A stretch of 35,950 bases of DNA, taken from the NCBI GenBank assembly GCA_964422045.1, contig CAYRAC010000001.1, positions 1-35,950 of the forward strand, written 5' to 3'. This document shows positions 1 through 8,321 of the stretch, one piece after another. Source of the DNA: an uncultured Steroidobacteraceae bacterium. Its GTDB lineage: Bacteria > Pseudomonadota > Gammaproteobacteria > Steroidobacterales > Steroidobacteraceae. Under the pieces are notes generated by a model. The model saw only the letters and a list, made by a program, of their open reading frames with translations. It made no database searches and was not told where the DNA came from. Every line of letters starts with the position of its first letter. Position 1 is the first letter of the stretch. Position numbers and translations under genes: made by a program.

Positions 1-666
1 GCCGAGATCCGCGCCGTGATCCTCGGCGCTGCGGGACGCGGCTTTTGTTCGGGCGCCGACCTCATGGGCAGTAATTTCTCGGGTGGCGCCGAGGCGCGCC
101 TCGGCGAGGTCATCGGGATCGAGCTGCGCGAACACTTCAATCCCATGGTGAACGCCTGGTACCAGCTGCGCGTGCCGGTGGTCGTTGCCGTCAATGGGGT
201 CGCCGCGGGAGCCGGTGTCAGTCTCGCATTGCTCGGCGACATCGTTCTCGCGGCGCGCTCTGCCACATTTTTGCAATTGTTCGCGCCCAAATTGGGTCTC
301 ATGCCGGACCTCGGCAGCACGTTCCATCTGCCGCGGCTCGTCGGCACGGCCCGGGCGAAGGGGCTCGCGCTGCTGGGCGATGCGCTGTCGGCCGCGGATG
401 CCGCCGGTTGGGGACTCATCTGGGGGTGCGTCGAGGATACGGCGCTGCAGGCCGAAGCGCAGGCCATTGCGCGCCGTCTCGCCGCGGGTCCCACCCAGGC
501 GTTCCGGCGCATCAAGGCCACCTTCAACACGGAATTGCCGCGCACGCTGTCCGAGCAGCTGGCGCTCGAAGCCCAAGCCCAAGTTGAACTCGGCAACACG
601 CGGGATTTTGCCGAAGGCGTGCAGGCGTTCCGCAACAAGCGCGCGCCGAAATTCACGGGCAACTGA
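1..666 (+). CDS. paaG: Enoyl-CoA hydratase/isomerase, PaaG-like (5' end outside window)
   Basis: Frame 1 is open from base 1 (AEIRAVILGAAGRGFCSGADL...). Crotonase motifs GRGFCSGADL and VNGVAAGAGVSLALLGDIVLAARSA are present. The C-terminus FRNKRAPKFTGN and the overall pattern closely resemble E. coli PaaG as I recall it. Stop is at 664-666. Confidence 0.8.
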   Translation, partial: AEIRAVILGAAGRGFCSGADLMGSNFSGGAEARLGEVIGIELREHFNPMVNAWYQLRVPVVVAVNGVAAGAGVSLALLGDIVLAARSATFLQLFAPKLGLMPDLGSTFHLPRLVGTARAKGLALLGDALSAADAAGWGLIWGCVEDTALQAEAQAIARRLAAGPTQAFRRIKATFNTELPRTLSEQLALEAQAQVELGNTRDFAEGVQAFRNKRAPKFTGN

Positions 667-668
667 CA

Positions 669-1970
669 GTGCGCGACCTACCGAACGAGCTGGCGGCGCT
701 CGCCGATCATTTGAATATTCATCATGAAGCGATCTTGATCGCATGGCGTCGCGCGATCCTGAAAGATCCGGACCTCACCAGTGGCGATTCGCTGCCGCGC
801 TCCGAGTTATTTGATCACATCCCGGCACTGTTGCGTGCCTTCGAAATAGGCCTGCGCGGCGCCTCGAGCACGGCGGAACGCAAGGCCGAGGCGGACGCGC
901 ACGATCAGGCTGCCGCGCACGGGCTGCAGCGCTGGCAGCAGGGCTATGACTTGCGCGAGGTCAGCCGCGAATGGGGCAAGTTGAACCAGTGCGTGCTCGG
1001 CGAATTGGACCGCTACGCAAAGGAGAACTCGAGCATCTCGCTCGATGCGATGAGCCGTGCTCGGGAGGTGTGGGCGATCCTCTTGAGCACCGGCATTGAG
1101 ACGAGCGTGCATCAGTACTTTACCTTGCAGCAGCAGGAAGCCGTGGGGCACGTCAAGGACTTGGAGAAGGCCCTGGAGCAGGTACAGGCCCTCGAGCAAG
1201 AGCGCGGGGCCGTATGGCAAGAAGCCGCGCACGACCTGCGGGGTAACTTGGGCGTCGTCGCCAATGTCACCGTGGGGCTTACCCGGCATGGCCCAAGCGA
1301 TGCCAAGAGAGAGGATTTCATACGCATTTTGATGCGCAATGTCTCCTCGCTTCATCAACTGCTCGATGACGTCACGAATCTTGCGCGCCTGCAGGCGGGA
1401 CGCGAGTCGCGCCGGGTCGAGCCGCTCGATGCGACCAGCGTGTTGGAGTCCTTGTGCGAGGGAATTCGCCCGTTGGCGCAGCAGCGCGGTCTGCAATTGC
1501 TCGCGCAGGGACCGCGAGGGCTGGCGATCGACGGGGATGCGGTGAAGATCCGCCGCATCGCCCAAAATTTGATCTTGAATGCCGTCAAATATACCCGCGA
1601 GGGCTGCATCACCGTGGCCTGGGGTGATAGCAATCCAGGCGATCTCAAACGTTGGATGTTGAGCATCTCGGACACCGGCCCGGGATTTCATACCGCCTCT
1701 GGCCAGCCGCTAGCCGCGGCGCTCGATCCGGCGGCAACCCCCGCCGCATCGCCGCCCGCGTCAGGCCTGGCGTCACGACCAGCCGCTGCGGTCGCAAGCG
1801 GCCCGGACGGTGAATTGCGATCCTTCCTGCGCGGCGAGGCGGGCGAAGGGATCGGACTGTCGATCGTCAAGCGCTTGTGCGAAATGCTGGATGCGACCAT
1901 CGAGATGGAATCGGTCAAGGGCCAGGGCACTACCTTTCGAATCCTATTTCCGCGCCACTACGAGAGTTAG
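669..1970 (+). CDS. Soluble sensor histidine kinase (RsbRD_N-like N-terminus, HisKA + HATPase_c), no adjacent response regulator
   Basis: GTG start lies 2 nt after the upstream stop. H-box is AAHDLRGNLGVV, N-box NLILNAVKYT, G1 DTGPGF and G2 GEGIGLSIVKRL, followed by GTTFRILFP. No hydrophobic span is long enough for a TM helix. Confidence 0.85.
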   Translation: MRDLPNELAALADHLNIHHEAILIAWRRAILKDPDLTSGDSLPRSELFDHIPALLRAFEIGLRGASSTAERKAEADAHDQAAAHGLQRWQQGYDLREVSREWGKLNQCVLGELDRYAKENSSISLDAMSRAREVWAILLSTGIETSVHQYFTLQQQEAVGHVKDLEKALEQVQALEQERGAVWQEAAHDLRGNLGVVANVTVGLTRHGPSDAKREDFIRILMRNVSSLHQLLDDVTNLARLQAGRESRRVEPLDATSVLESLCEGIRPLAQQRGLQLLAQGPRGLAIDGDAVKIRRIAQNLILNAVKYTREGCITVAWGDSNPGDLKRWMLSISDTGPGFHTASGQPLAAALDPAATPAASPPASGLASRPAAAVASGPDGELRSFLRGEAGEGIGLSIVKRLCEMLDATIEMESVKGQGTTFRILFPRHYES

Positions 1971-2033
1971 AGCAACGCCGCAATCGACGCGCTATTCCAA
2001 TTCTCCGAGCGGCGCAGCGCGCTGCTGTTTTGG

Positions 2034-3578
2034 GTGGGATCGCTAATAGTCAGCATCGGGGTCATGCTCCATCTGCCGATGTTCTGGATGGCGCACGCAC
2101 ATGGCTTCGTCCTGGCCGGGATGCCCATGGATCCCGGCATGCTGGCAGGCATGGCATGCATTGTCGGCGGCATCATTGCCGCCGGTTATGGGTTGCTGCC
2201 CGTCCCGGTTGTCATGGGTGTGCTCGAACCGTTCGAGCCGCCCGAGGACGCGCCTCTGACGAGCGCCCACTGGCGCCTGATGCTGGTACTGGCCGTTGCG
2301 CTGATCATCGACGTCATGAAGCCGGCAAGCCTCGGCTTTGTCACGCCAGGAATGCGCGTCGAGTATGGCATCGACCGCACCACCGTTGCGTTATTGCCGC
2401 TGTCCGCGCTGATCGGCACCGCCGTCGGCTCCTTTGTGTGGGGAGCACTCGCCGACATTTATGGTCGGCGGGCGTCGATATTATTGTCCTCGGTGATGTT
2501 CGTCGGCACTTCGATCTGCGGCGCGATGCCCTCCTTCTCATGGAACATCGCCATGTGCTTCCTGATGGGAGCGGCCGCCGGCGGCATGTTGCCGGTCGCC
2601 TATGCACTGCTCGCGGAAATTATGCCCACACGGCATCGCGGCTGGTGTCTGGTGCTGGTCGGGGGCATAGGCACGATCGGCGGATATTTTGCCGCGAGCG
2701 AACTGTCCGCGCTGCTGCAGCCATTCTTCGGCTGGCGAATCATGTGGCTTCTGAATTTGCCAACCGGTCTGGCTCTCATATCCTTGAGTCCGTTGATTCC
2801 TGAATCCGCGCGCTTCCTGCAACATCTAGGACGGTTGGACGATGCGCGCACGACACTGGCGCGATTCGGAGCGCTCGGCAAGCCTAGGATCGAGGCGTCC
2901 GGGAGCAGCGGCGCCGAGCATCAAGAGTCGCTGGTGCGTGCCGCCGCCCACGGTCTGCTCGGCACGACCGTGGCGCTCACGCTCGCCGCCTTGGCCTGGG
3001 GTTTCGTCAATTTCGGCGTGCTGTTATGGCTGCCCAGCGCGCTGGTGGCGGAAGGCCGCAGCGTCGGTCTGGCGAGCGCCGTTATCGCACGCTCCGCACT
3101 GTTCGCGGCACCGACCATCATTCTTGCCAGTTATCTTTACAGCACCTGGAGCACGAAGTGGTCGCTGATCGGCTCCATCGCTCTCACGACCTTGGGTCTG
3201 TTGGCCGTAATGCTGCACGGGAGTGCACACTGGCCGATCCTGAGCAATCCAATTTTGCCGCTGTGCCTGCTGATTGTCGGCTCGAGCGGCATGATTTCGA
3301 TGCTGCTGCCATACGCCGCCGAGAACTATCCGCTCCGCGTGCGAGGCAGGGCAACCGGCTGGGTGGCGGGCTGGAGCAAGATCGGCGGCGTCATCGCGCA
3401 GGTGCTGGGCGTGCTGGGCTTGGTCCCTGCATTGGGCGCGGTCGCCGCGTTCGTCGCCATACCCGCCTCGCTCTCGTTGATACTCATCGGCTGCTTTGGT
3501 CGTGAGACACGGGGCCGCGATCTGCGCGAACTCGAAGTCCGTGGCACTGAACTGCGCAAGGCGCTTAAGCGGCCGTGA
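2034..3578 (+). CDS. MFS transporter (sugar-porter/metabolite:H+ symporter-like)
   Basis: The hydrophobic pattern looks like about 12 TM helices. Motifs are GRRASILLS (loop 2-3), PESARFL after the first six helices, and RVRGRATGWVAGWSKIGG in the second half. The start is ambiguous: GTG at 2034 or in-frame ATG at 2064. Confidence 0.85.
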   Translation: MGSLIVSIGVMLHLPMFWMAHAHGFVLAGMPMDPGMLAGMACIVGGIIAAGYGLLPVPVVMGVLEPFEPPEDAPLTSAHWRLMLVLAVALIIDVMKPASLGFVTPGMRVEYGIDRTTVALLPLSALIGTAVGSFVWGALADIYGRRASILLSSVMFVGTSICGAMPSFSWNIAMCFLMGAAAGGMLPVAYALLAEIMPTRHRGWCLVLVGGIGTIGGYFAASELSALLQPFFGWRIMWLLNLPTGLALISLSPLIPESARFLQHLGRLDDARTTLARFGALGKPRIEASGSSGAEHQESLVRAAAHGLLGTTVALTLAALAWGFVNFGVLLWLPSALVAEGRSVGLASAVIARSALFAAPTIILASYLYSTWSTKWSLIGSIALTTLGLLAVMLHGSAHWPILSNPILPLCLLIVGSSGMISMLLPYAAENYPLRVRGRATGWVAGWSKIGGVIAQVLGVLGLVPALGAVAAFVAIPASLSLILIGCFGRETRGRDLRELEVRGTELRKALKRP

Positions 3579-3593
3579 TCTGCCCGGGGCGGT

Positions 3594-5210
3594 TCATTGC
3601 GCCGCGCCACCCGCGGCGCTGCCGGTGACGGCGTCATCCACGCTCGAGTAGTCGAGTCCGGCCGGGGGCAGTTGACTGAAGTCGGCGCGCTGCAACGCAT
3701 CGCGGCTCGACTCTTTCAGTCTTGCGACACGCAGACCGATCTTGCGTACCGTGAGCCAGGCGGCGAATTCACCCAGGCTTTCCAGAGCCGTGCCGTCCAA
3801 GTCCGGCGATTCCTCGAGACTCAAGATCACGAGCTTGACGTCGGTTTGTTGCAGCACGCGTTGCCTGGCGACGGCGAGCAACGGCTCGGCGTTCGCAAAA
3901 AACAGCGGCTCCTCGGGCCGCAGGATGAGCATGCCCGGCGTGCAGGCCGCCTGCGGAAAACGCGTGACGCTGACGTAATCGTGCGCGCCGACGCGGCCCA
4001 AGATCGAAAGACGCGGGCTCGTCAACGAATGCAGCAGCATCCCCAGGCTGAACGCGATGGCGGCGAGCAGTCCGTCGAGCATGCCGAACAGGATGACCGC
4101 GGCCACGGCCGTGAGCGTGACCAGCCGATCGCGCTGCCAGCGAAAGTAAGGACGGAACGTCGCCAAGCGCAACGACTTGCTGACCGCATGGATGACGATC
4201 GCCGCCAGCACCGGGTCGGGAATGCGCTCGATCCACGGCAAGAACAGCAGCACGAGCGCGAGCACGGTCGCGGCGGCGAACACGCCCGCCGCGCGCGATT
4301 GCGCGCCGGCCGCGTCGTTGGCCGACGTGCCCGAATAGCCTGCCCCGACCGGCGTGCCGTGAAAAGCAGCCGACAGAATGTTGGCCGCGCCGAGCGCGAT
4401 CAGGTCGCGATTCGGCTGCACCACGTCGTCGTGCTTCAACGCATAGGTGCGGATCGAGCTATAGGATTCCGCGTACAGAATGAACATCAGCGCCAGTGCG
4501 AACTCCACCAGCGGCAACCAGTGCTGACCCGCAGGCATGGCAAATTCCGGCCGCTCCAGGACGAGATGGATGGGGCCGGTGAGTACCACGCCCCGCAACG
4601 CCAGCCACGGCGCCGCGGCAATGCCGGCGATGATGACCAGCAGGACGCCGGGAATATGTCGAAAGCGCTCGAGCAAGAACAAGCCCGCAAGGGCACCCAC
4701 CCCGACGCCGAGACTCACCGGCTGCCACTCGCGGACATGGCGCAGAATCTCCGAGAACAGCGGCAGAAAATCGCTGCTCTGCGTGTGGATGGCGACGATG
4801 TGCGGCCACTGCTTCACCGCGATGACGAGCGCGAGGCCAAAGGAAAAGCCGCGCAGCACGGGCCGCGCGATCAGGTTCGACATGGCGCCGAGCCGCGCGC
4901 AGCCGGCGAGCACGAAGGCGATGCCGGTCGCACACACGAGTATCGATGCGAACGCCATGCGCTGCCCCGAGGCATTGGCGGCGAGTGCCAGCGTCGCCGC
5001 GGCGAATACCGCGGCCGACGATGAGGTGGCGGTGACGATGGCATAGCGGCTGCTGCCGATCAGCGCATAGCAGAGCAGCCCGGCGAACAGGCCGATGACA
5101 CCCGCCTGCGGCGGCAGATTCGCGAGCCCAGAATAGGCCACCGCCTCGGGCAATAGCAAGCCGGCCAGGGACAGACCGGCGAGAGCGTCGGCCGAGTTAA
5201 CCGCGCGCAT
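3594..5210 (-). CDS. SulP-family inorganic anion transporter with C-terminal STAS domain
   Basis: The N-terminus LAGLSLAGLLLPEAVAYSGLANLPPQAGV is typical of SulP and the core is polytopic. The C-terminal soluble region (VKLVILSLEESPDLDGTALESLGEF) is STAS-like. The ATG at 5210 lies 3 nt after the upstream stop. Confidence 0.9.
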   Translation of the reverse strand: MRAVNSADALAGLSLAGLLLPEAVAYSGLANLPPQAGVIGLFAGLLCYALIGSSRYAIVTATSSSAAVFAAATLALAANASGQRMAFASILVCATGIAFVLAGCARLGAMSNLIARPVLRGFSFGLALVIAVKQWPHIVAIHTQSSDFLPLFSEILRHVREWQPVSLGVGVGALAGLFLLERFRHIPGVLLVIIAGIAAAPWLALRGVVLTGPIHLVLERPEFAMPAGQHWLPLVEFALALMFILYAESYSSIRTYALKHDDVVQPNRDLIALGAANILSAAFHGTPVGAGYSGTSANDAAGAQSRAAGVFAAATVLALVLLFLPWIERIPDPVLAAIVIHAVSKSLRLATFRPYFRWQRDRLVTLTAVAAVILFGMLDGLLAAIAFSLGMLLHSLTSPRLSILGRVGAHDYVSVTRFPQAACTPGMLILRPEEPLFFANAEPLLAVARQRVLQQTDVKLVILSLEESPDLDGTALESLGEFAAWLTVRKIGLRVARLKESSRDALQRADFSQLPPAGLDYSSVDDAVTGSAAGGAAQ

Positions 5211-5213
5211 CGC

Positions 5214-5831
5214 TCACTGTCCGGCAATCGACCCGCACCAGCCGGGCAGGAAGTCTGCCTCGCCGCTCTTGGCCAGTTTCAATGCGCGCACCAGTGCCGC
5301 CGGGAAATCATCCTCCAGGAACTTGCGCTTCAATCGACGTCTGAGAAAATCCGCCCACAGAAATTCGCTGAACGGCGTCGTGTCCTTCGCATAGCCGCCG
5401 CTTTGGCGCAACTCCCCGGCGAGACTGCGAAACGGATCATCGACCAAACCCATGATCCGCTTCGGCACGTCTTGATAGCTGCGGCGGCGGCCGCGAGCAT
5501 CGAAGGGATGCAGCCAGCCGCGGTTGTCCAAAAACACCCAGAAAGCATCGCGCGGCAGGCGGCGCAAATCCGCCACCACCGTGGTCGCGATATATTTCAC
5601 ACCCTCTTGATGCAGCGCCAGCGTCAAATGATGATGATCGATGACGTAGTACTCGTCCTTCGGGCCCCAGATGACGGGAATCAAGTGCTTGCCCAAGAAG
5701 TCCGCTTTCTTGCGTTGCTCGCGCCAAAACTTGCGCTTGGCCTTGACTTCGCGCATGCCGACCGTGATCTGCGTCGGCCGCAGCGATGCGATCGCGACCG
5801 GGTGAATCCGGGGTTCCCTGGGTAACGCCAT
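5214..5831 (-). CDS. ParB/Srx-fold protein (ParB-like nuclease domain, ParBc_2-type), 205 aa
   Basis: Motifs LRPTQITVGMREV and YYVIDHHHLTLAL resemble the ParB/sulfiredoxin-fold signature (PTQ...G, DGHHR-like). A strong SD (AGGAG) sits 6 nt upstream of the ATG at 5831. The family assignment is from memory of Pfam ParBc_2. Confidence 0.65.
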   Translation of the reverse strand: MALPREPRIHPVAIASLRPTQITVGMREVKAKRKFWREQRKKADFLGKHLIPVIWGPKDEYYVIDHHHLTLALHQEGVKYIATTVVADLRRLPRDAFWVFLDNRGWLHPFDARGRRRSYQDVPKRIMGLVDDPFRSLAGELRQSGGYAKDTTPFSEFLWADFLRRRLKRKFLEDDFPAALVRALKLAKSGEADFLPGWCGSIAGQ

Positions 5832-5891
5832 TGTTTGCTCCTACGCCTGATTCGCGCTCCGAAAAGATATCACGATGGCCGCCGCCCAGGG

Positions 5892-6311
5892 TCAACCGGC
5901 ATCCGGCAGCACGGCCGTTGCCTCGATCTCCACGCGCGCGTCTTTTTCCATCAGAGCAACGACCTGCACCACCGACATCGGCGGAAAGTGCTTGCCGAGC
6001 GTCGCGCGGTACGCCGCGCCGATATCGGCCAGTTGCTCGTGGTATTCGTCGCGGCTCGTCACGTACCAGGTGAGGCGCACGATATGTGCCGGCGTGGCCC
6101 CGGCCTCGGCCAAAATCGTCACGATATTGGCGAGCGCCTGCCGCACCTGGTCCGCCATGCGCAAGCTGTGAAATTTGCCGCCGCTGTCCCAGCCGATTTG
6201 TCCGGCCACGAAAATGCCGAGACCCCGAGCGGTCATGGCGTGGCTATAGCCCTTGGGCCGCGCCCAGCCGGCCGGTTGCACGATGGACGGTACGCGTTTG
6301 TCCCGGGTCAT
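5892..6311 (-). CDS. RidA/YjgF/L-PSP family enamine/imine deaminase
   Basis: The 139-aa product has FVAGQIGWD, QVRQALANIVTILAEAG and a VEIEATAV ending, typical of RidA-family proteins. Its ATG overlaps the ACAD stop (ATGA at 6308-6311). Confidence 0.85.
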   Translation of the reverse strand: MTRDKRVPSIVQPAGWARPKGYSHAMTARGLGIFVAGQIGWDSGGKFHSLRMADQVRQALANIVTILAEAGATPAHIVRLTWYVTSRDEYHEQLADIGAAYRATLGKHFPPMSVVQVVALMEKDARVEIEATAVLPDAG

Positions 6312-7504
6312 GCGCTGTCCGTTGGCGCGAGCAACTCGCGGGCGATGATCAGTTTCTGCACTTCGGTGGCGCCTTCGTAAATGCGCAGCGCCCGCACGTC
6401 GCGATACAGGCGCTCCAAGACTTCACCGCGTACCACGCCGCGCGCGCCGAACATTTGCAGCGCGCGGTCGACCACGCGCTGCGCCGTTTCGGTGGCGGTC
6501 ATTTTCGCCATGGCCGCTTCCTTCGTGACCCGCCCGCCGCAGTCGCGCAGCCACGCCGCTCGATAGGTCAATAGCCGTGCCGCGTCCACCTCGGTCGCCA
6601 TCTCCGCGAGCGCGGCCTGCGTCATTTGAAAATCCGCCAACTGGCGGCCGAACATGCGCCGTCCCCGGACCTGCCCGAGCGCCTCATCGAGCGCGCGCTG
6701 CGCGAAGCCGAGCGCGGCCGCGGCGACCGAGGTGCGGAATATATCGAGGGTGCGCATCGCGATCTTGAAGCCCTCGCCCTCCTCGCCGAGGCGCTGGCCG
6801 GCGGGAATGCGGCAGCCGCGAAATTCGAGCGTCGCCATCGGGTGCGGCGCAATGATGTCGATGCGCTCGCTCACCGACAAACCCGGCGTGTCGGCGTCGA
6901 TCACGAAGGCGCTGATGCCGGTTGCGGCCGCGCTCCCGTCCGCGCGCAAGCTGGCCGCCTGCGTGCGCGCAAAAACACAGTAGAAATCCGCGATGCCGCC
7001 GTTCGAAATCCACGTCTTCGCGCCATCGAGCACATACTCGTCCGCCTCGCGCCGAGCGCGGCATTGCATGCCCGCGACATCCGAGCCCGCGTCCGCCTCG
7101 GACAGGGCAAACGCGGCGCAAACCTCGCCGCGGGCAACGCGCGGCAAGTAGTGTCCTCGCTGGCGGGCGGTGCCTGCCAGGGTGAGCGCACCGCTGCCGA
7201 GACCCTGCATGGCAAACGCGAAATCCGCCAAGCCGTCGAATTGCGCCAATGCTTCGCGCACGATGGCGATGCTGCGCACGTCGAAGTCCTGCGATGCACC
7301 GCCATCCTCGCCGCGCACGCAGTGGCGAAGAATTCCCGCAGCCCCGAGCCTCTTCACCAGAGCGATGCAGTGCGCGTCGACCTGCTGCCGGTCATCGCCG
7401 TGGGTTGCCTGAAGATGGACGGCGCACCAGTCCTGCACCTGTTGGTGCAGCTCGCGATGCCGAGGCGCGAAGAACGGCCACTGCAAATGGGCTGCGCTGC
7501 TCAT
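6308..7504 (-). CDS. Acyl-CoA dehydrogenase
   Basis: ACAD pattern is present: TWISNGGIADFY, a C-terminal IYEGATEVQKLIIAREL, and FALSEADAGSD. I set the start at ATG 7504 (MSSAAHLQWPFF), 7 nt after the upstream stop. The tracked 7549 start would overlap the upstream CDS. Confidence 0.9.
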   Translation of the reverse strand: MSSAAHLQWPFFAPRHRELHQQVQDWCAVHLQATHGDDRQQVDAHCIALVKRLGAAGILRHCVRGEDGGASQDFDVRSIAIVREALAQFDGLADFAFAMQGLGSGALTLAGTARQRGHYLPRVARGEVCAAFALSEADAGSDVAGMQCRARREADEYVLDGAKTWISNGGIADFYCVFARTQAASLRADGSAAATGISAFVIDADTPGLSVSERIDIIAPHPMATLEFRGCRIPAGQRLGEEGEGFKIAMRTLDIFRTSVAAAALGFAQRALDEALGQVRGRRMFGRQLADFQMTQAALAEMATEVDAARLLTYRAAWLRDCGGRVTKEAAMAKMTATETAQRVVDRALQMFGARGVVRGEVLERLYRDVRALRIYEGATEVQKLIIARELLAPTDSA

Positions 7505-7511
7505 GGCTGCG

Positions 7512-8321
7512 TCAGTTCCCTTCGAACTGAGGTGTGCTCTTGGCCGCAAACGCTCGATAGGCGCGCCGAAAATCCTCGGTTTGCATGCACTGCGCCTGCG
7601 CCTGCGCTTCGGCTTCGATGGCCGCCGCGAGCGATAGATTCCATTCCTGGTTCAGCATGCGCTTGGTCATGGCATGGGCGATGGTCGGCCCGTTCGCGAG
7701 CACCGCGGCGAATTCGATGGCCTCGGCGGGAAGGCTCGATTGCTCGACCAGCCGGTTGAAAAAACCCCAGCTCGAGCCTTCCTGCGCGCTCATCGAGCGG
7801 CCGGTGTAGAGAAGTTCCGCGGCGCGGCCATGCCCGATGATGCGCGGCAGAATGGCGCACGCACCCATGTCGCATCCCGCGAGGCCGACGCGCACGAACA
7901 AGAATGCGGTGCGGCTGTCGGGCGTCGAAAATCGCAAGTCGGCGGCCATGGCGATGATGGCGCCGGCGCCGGCGCACACGCCGCTGACGGCCGCCACGAT
8001 CGGCTGCGGACACTCGCGCATGGCCATCACCAGATCGCCCGTCAGGCGCGTGAAGTCGAGCAGCCGCGGCGGATCCATGCGCGTCAACGGCCCGATGATC
8101 TCGTGCACGTCGCCGCCGGAGCAGAAATTGCCGCCCGCGCCCGTGATCACGATGGCTTTGACGGCGGGCTCGGCGCTAAGCCCGCGGAACAAGTCACGCA
8201 ACTCCGCATACGAGTCGAAGGTCAGCGGATTCTTGCGCTCCGGGCGATTCAACGTGATGACGCCGACGCGGCCGTGGATTTCCCAGAGAAAATTCTTGGG
8301 GTTGCAGTTCGCGAGACTCAT
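7512..8321 (-). CDS. Enoyl-CoA hydratase/isomerase (crotonase family)
   Basis: Begins [33 protein letters not shown], with GNFCSGGDV and [20 protein letters not shown]. The ATG at 8321 overlaps the MarR stop (ATGA at 8318-8321). The tracked 413-aa ORF is an N-terminal over-extension. Confidence 0.9.
   Translation of the reverse strand: MSLANCNPKNFLWEIHGRVGVITLNRPERKNPLTFDSYAELRDLFRGLSAEPAVKAIVITGAGGNFCSGGDVHEIIGPLTRMDPPRLLDFTRLTGDLVMAMRECPQPIVAAVSGVCAGAGAIIAMAADLRFSTPDSRTAFLFVRVGLAGCDMGACAILPRIIGHGRAAELLYTGRSMSAQEGSSWGFFNRLVEQSSLPAEAIEFAAVLANGPTIAHAMTKRMLNQEWNLSLAAAIEAEAQAQAQCMQTEDFRRAYRAFAAKSTPQFEGN

Noticed and set aside
2014-2031. Palindrome GCAGCGCGCTGC followed by TGTTTT between the kinase and the MFS gene, considered as an intrinsic terminator.
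   Set aside because: A hairpin with a viable loop would have only a 4-bp stem. The T-tract is short and abuts the possible GTG start of the MFS gene. It is too weak to call.
3597-5024. Long antisense ORFs opposite real genes. Examples are 3597-5024 (+), 9722-11140 (+), 11177-12466 (+), 13910-15280 (-), 20224-21885 (-), 23583-24953 (-), 25928-27100 (-) and 28493-29551 (-).
   Set aside because: Their products are Arg/Ala/Gly/Pro-rich low-complexity strings with no motifs. Each lies fully inside a gene with clear family signatures on the other strand. This is the typical stop-codon-poor shadow-frame pattern in high-GC DNA.
5214-5831. ParB-like protein as a chromosome or plasmid partition ParB, and hence a sign of a mobile element.
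   Set aside because: It has only 205 aa, with no HTH or dimerisation domains. No ParA, parS-like repeats, replication or integration genes are nearby. The context is an anion transporter.
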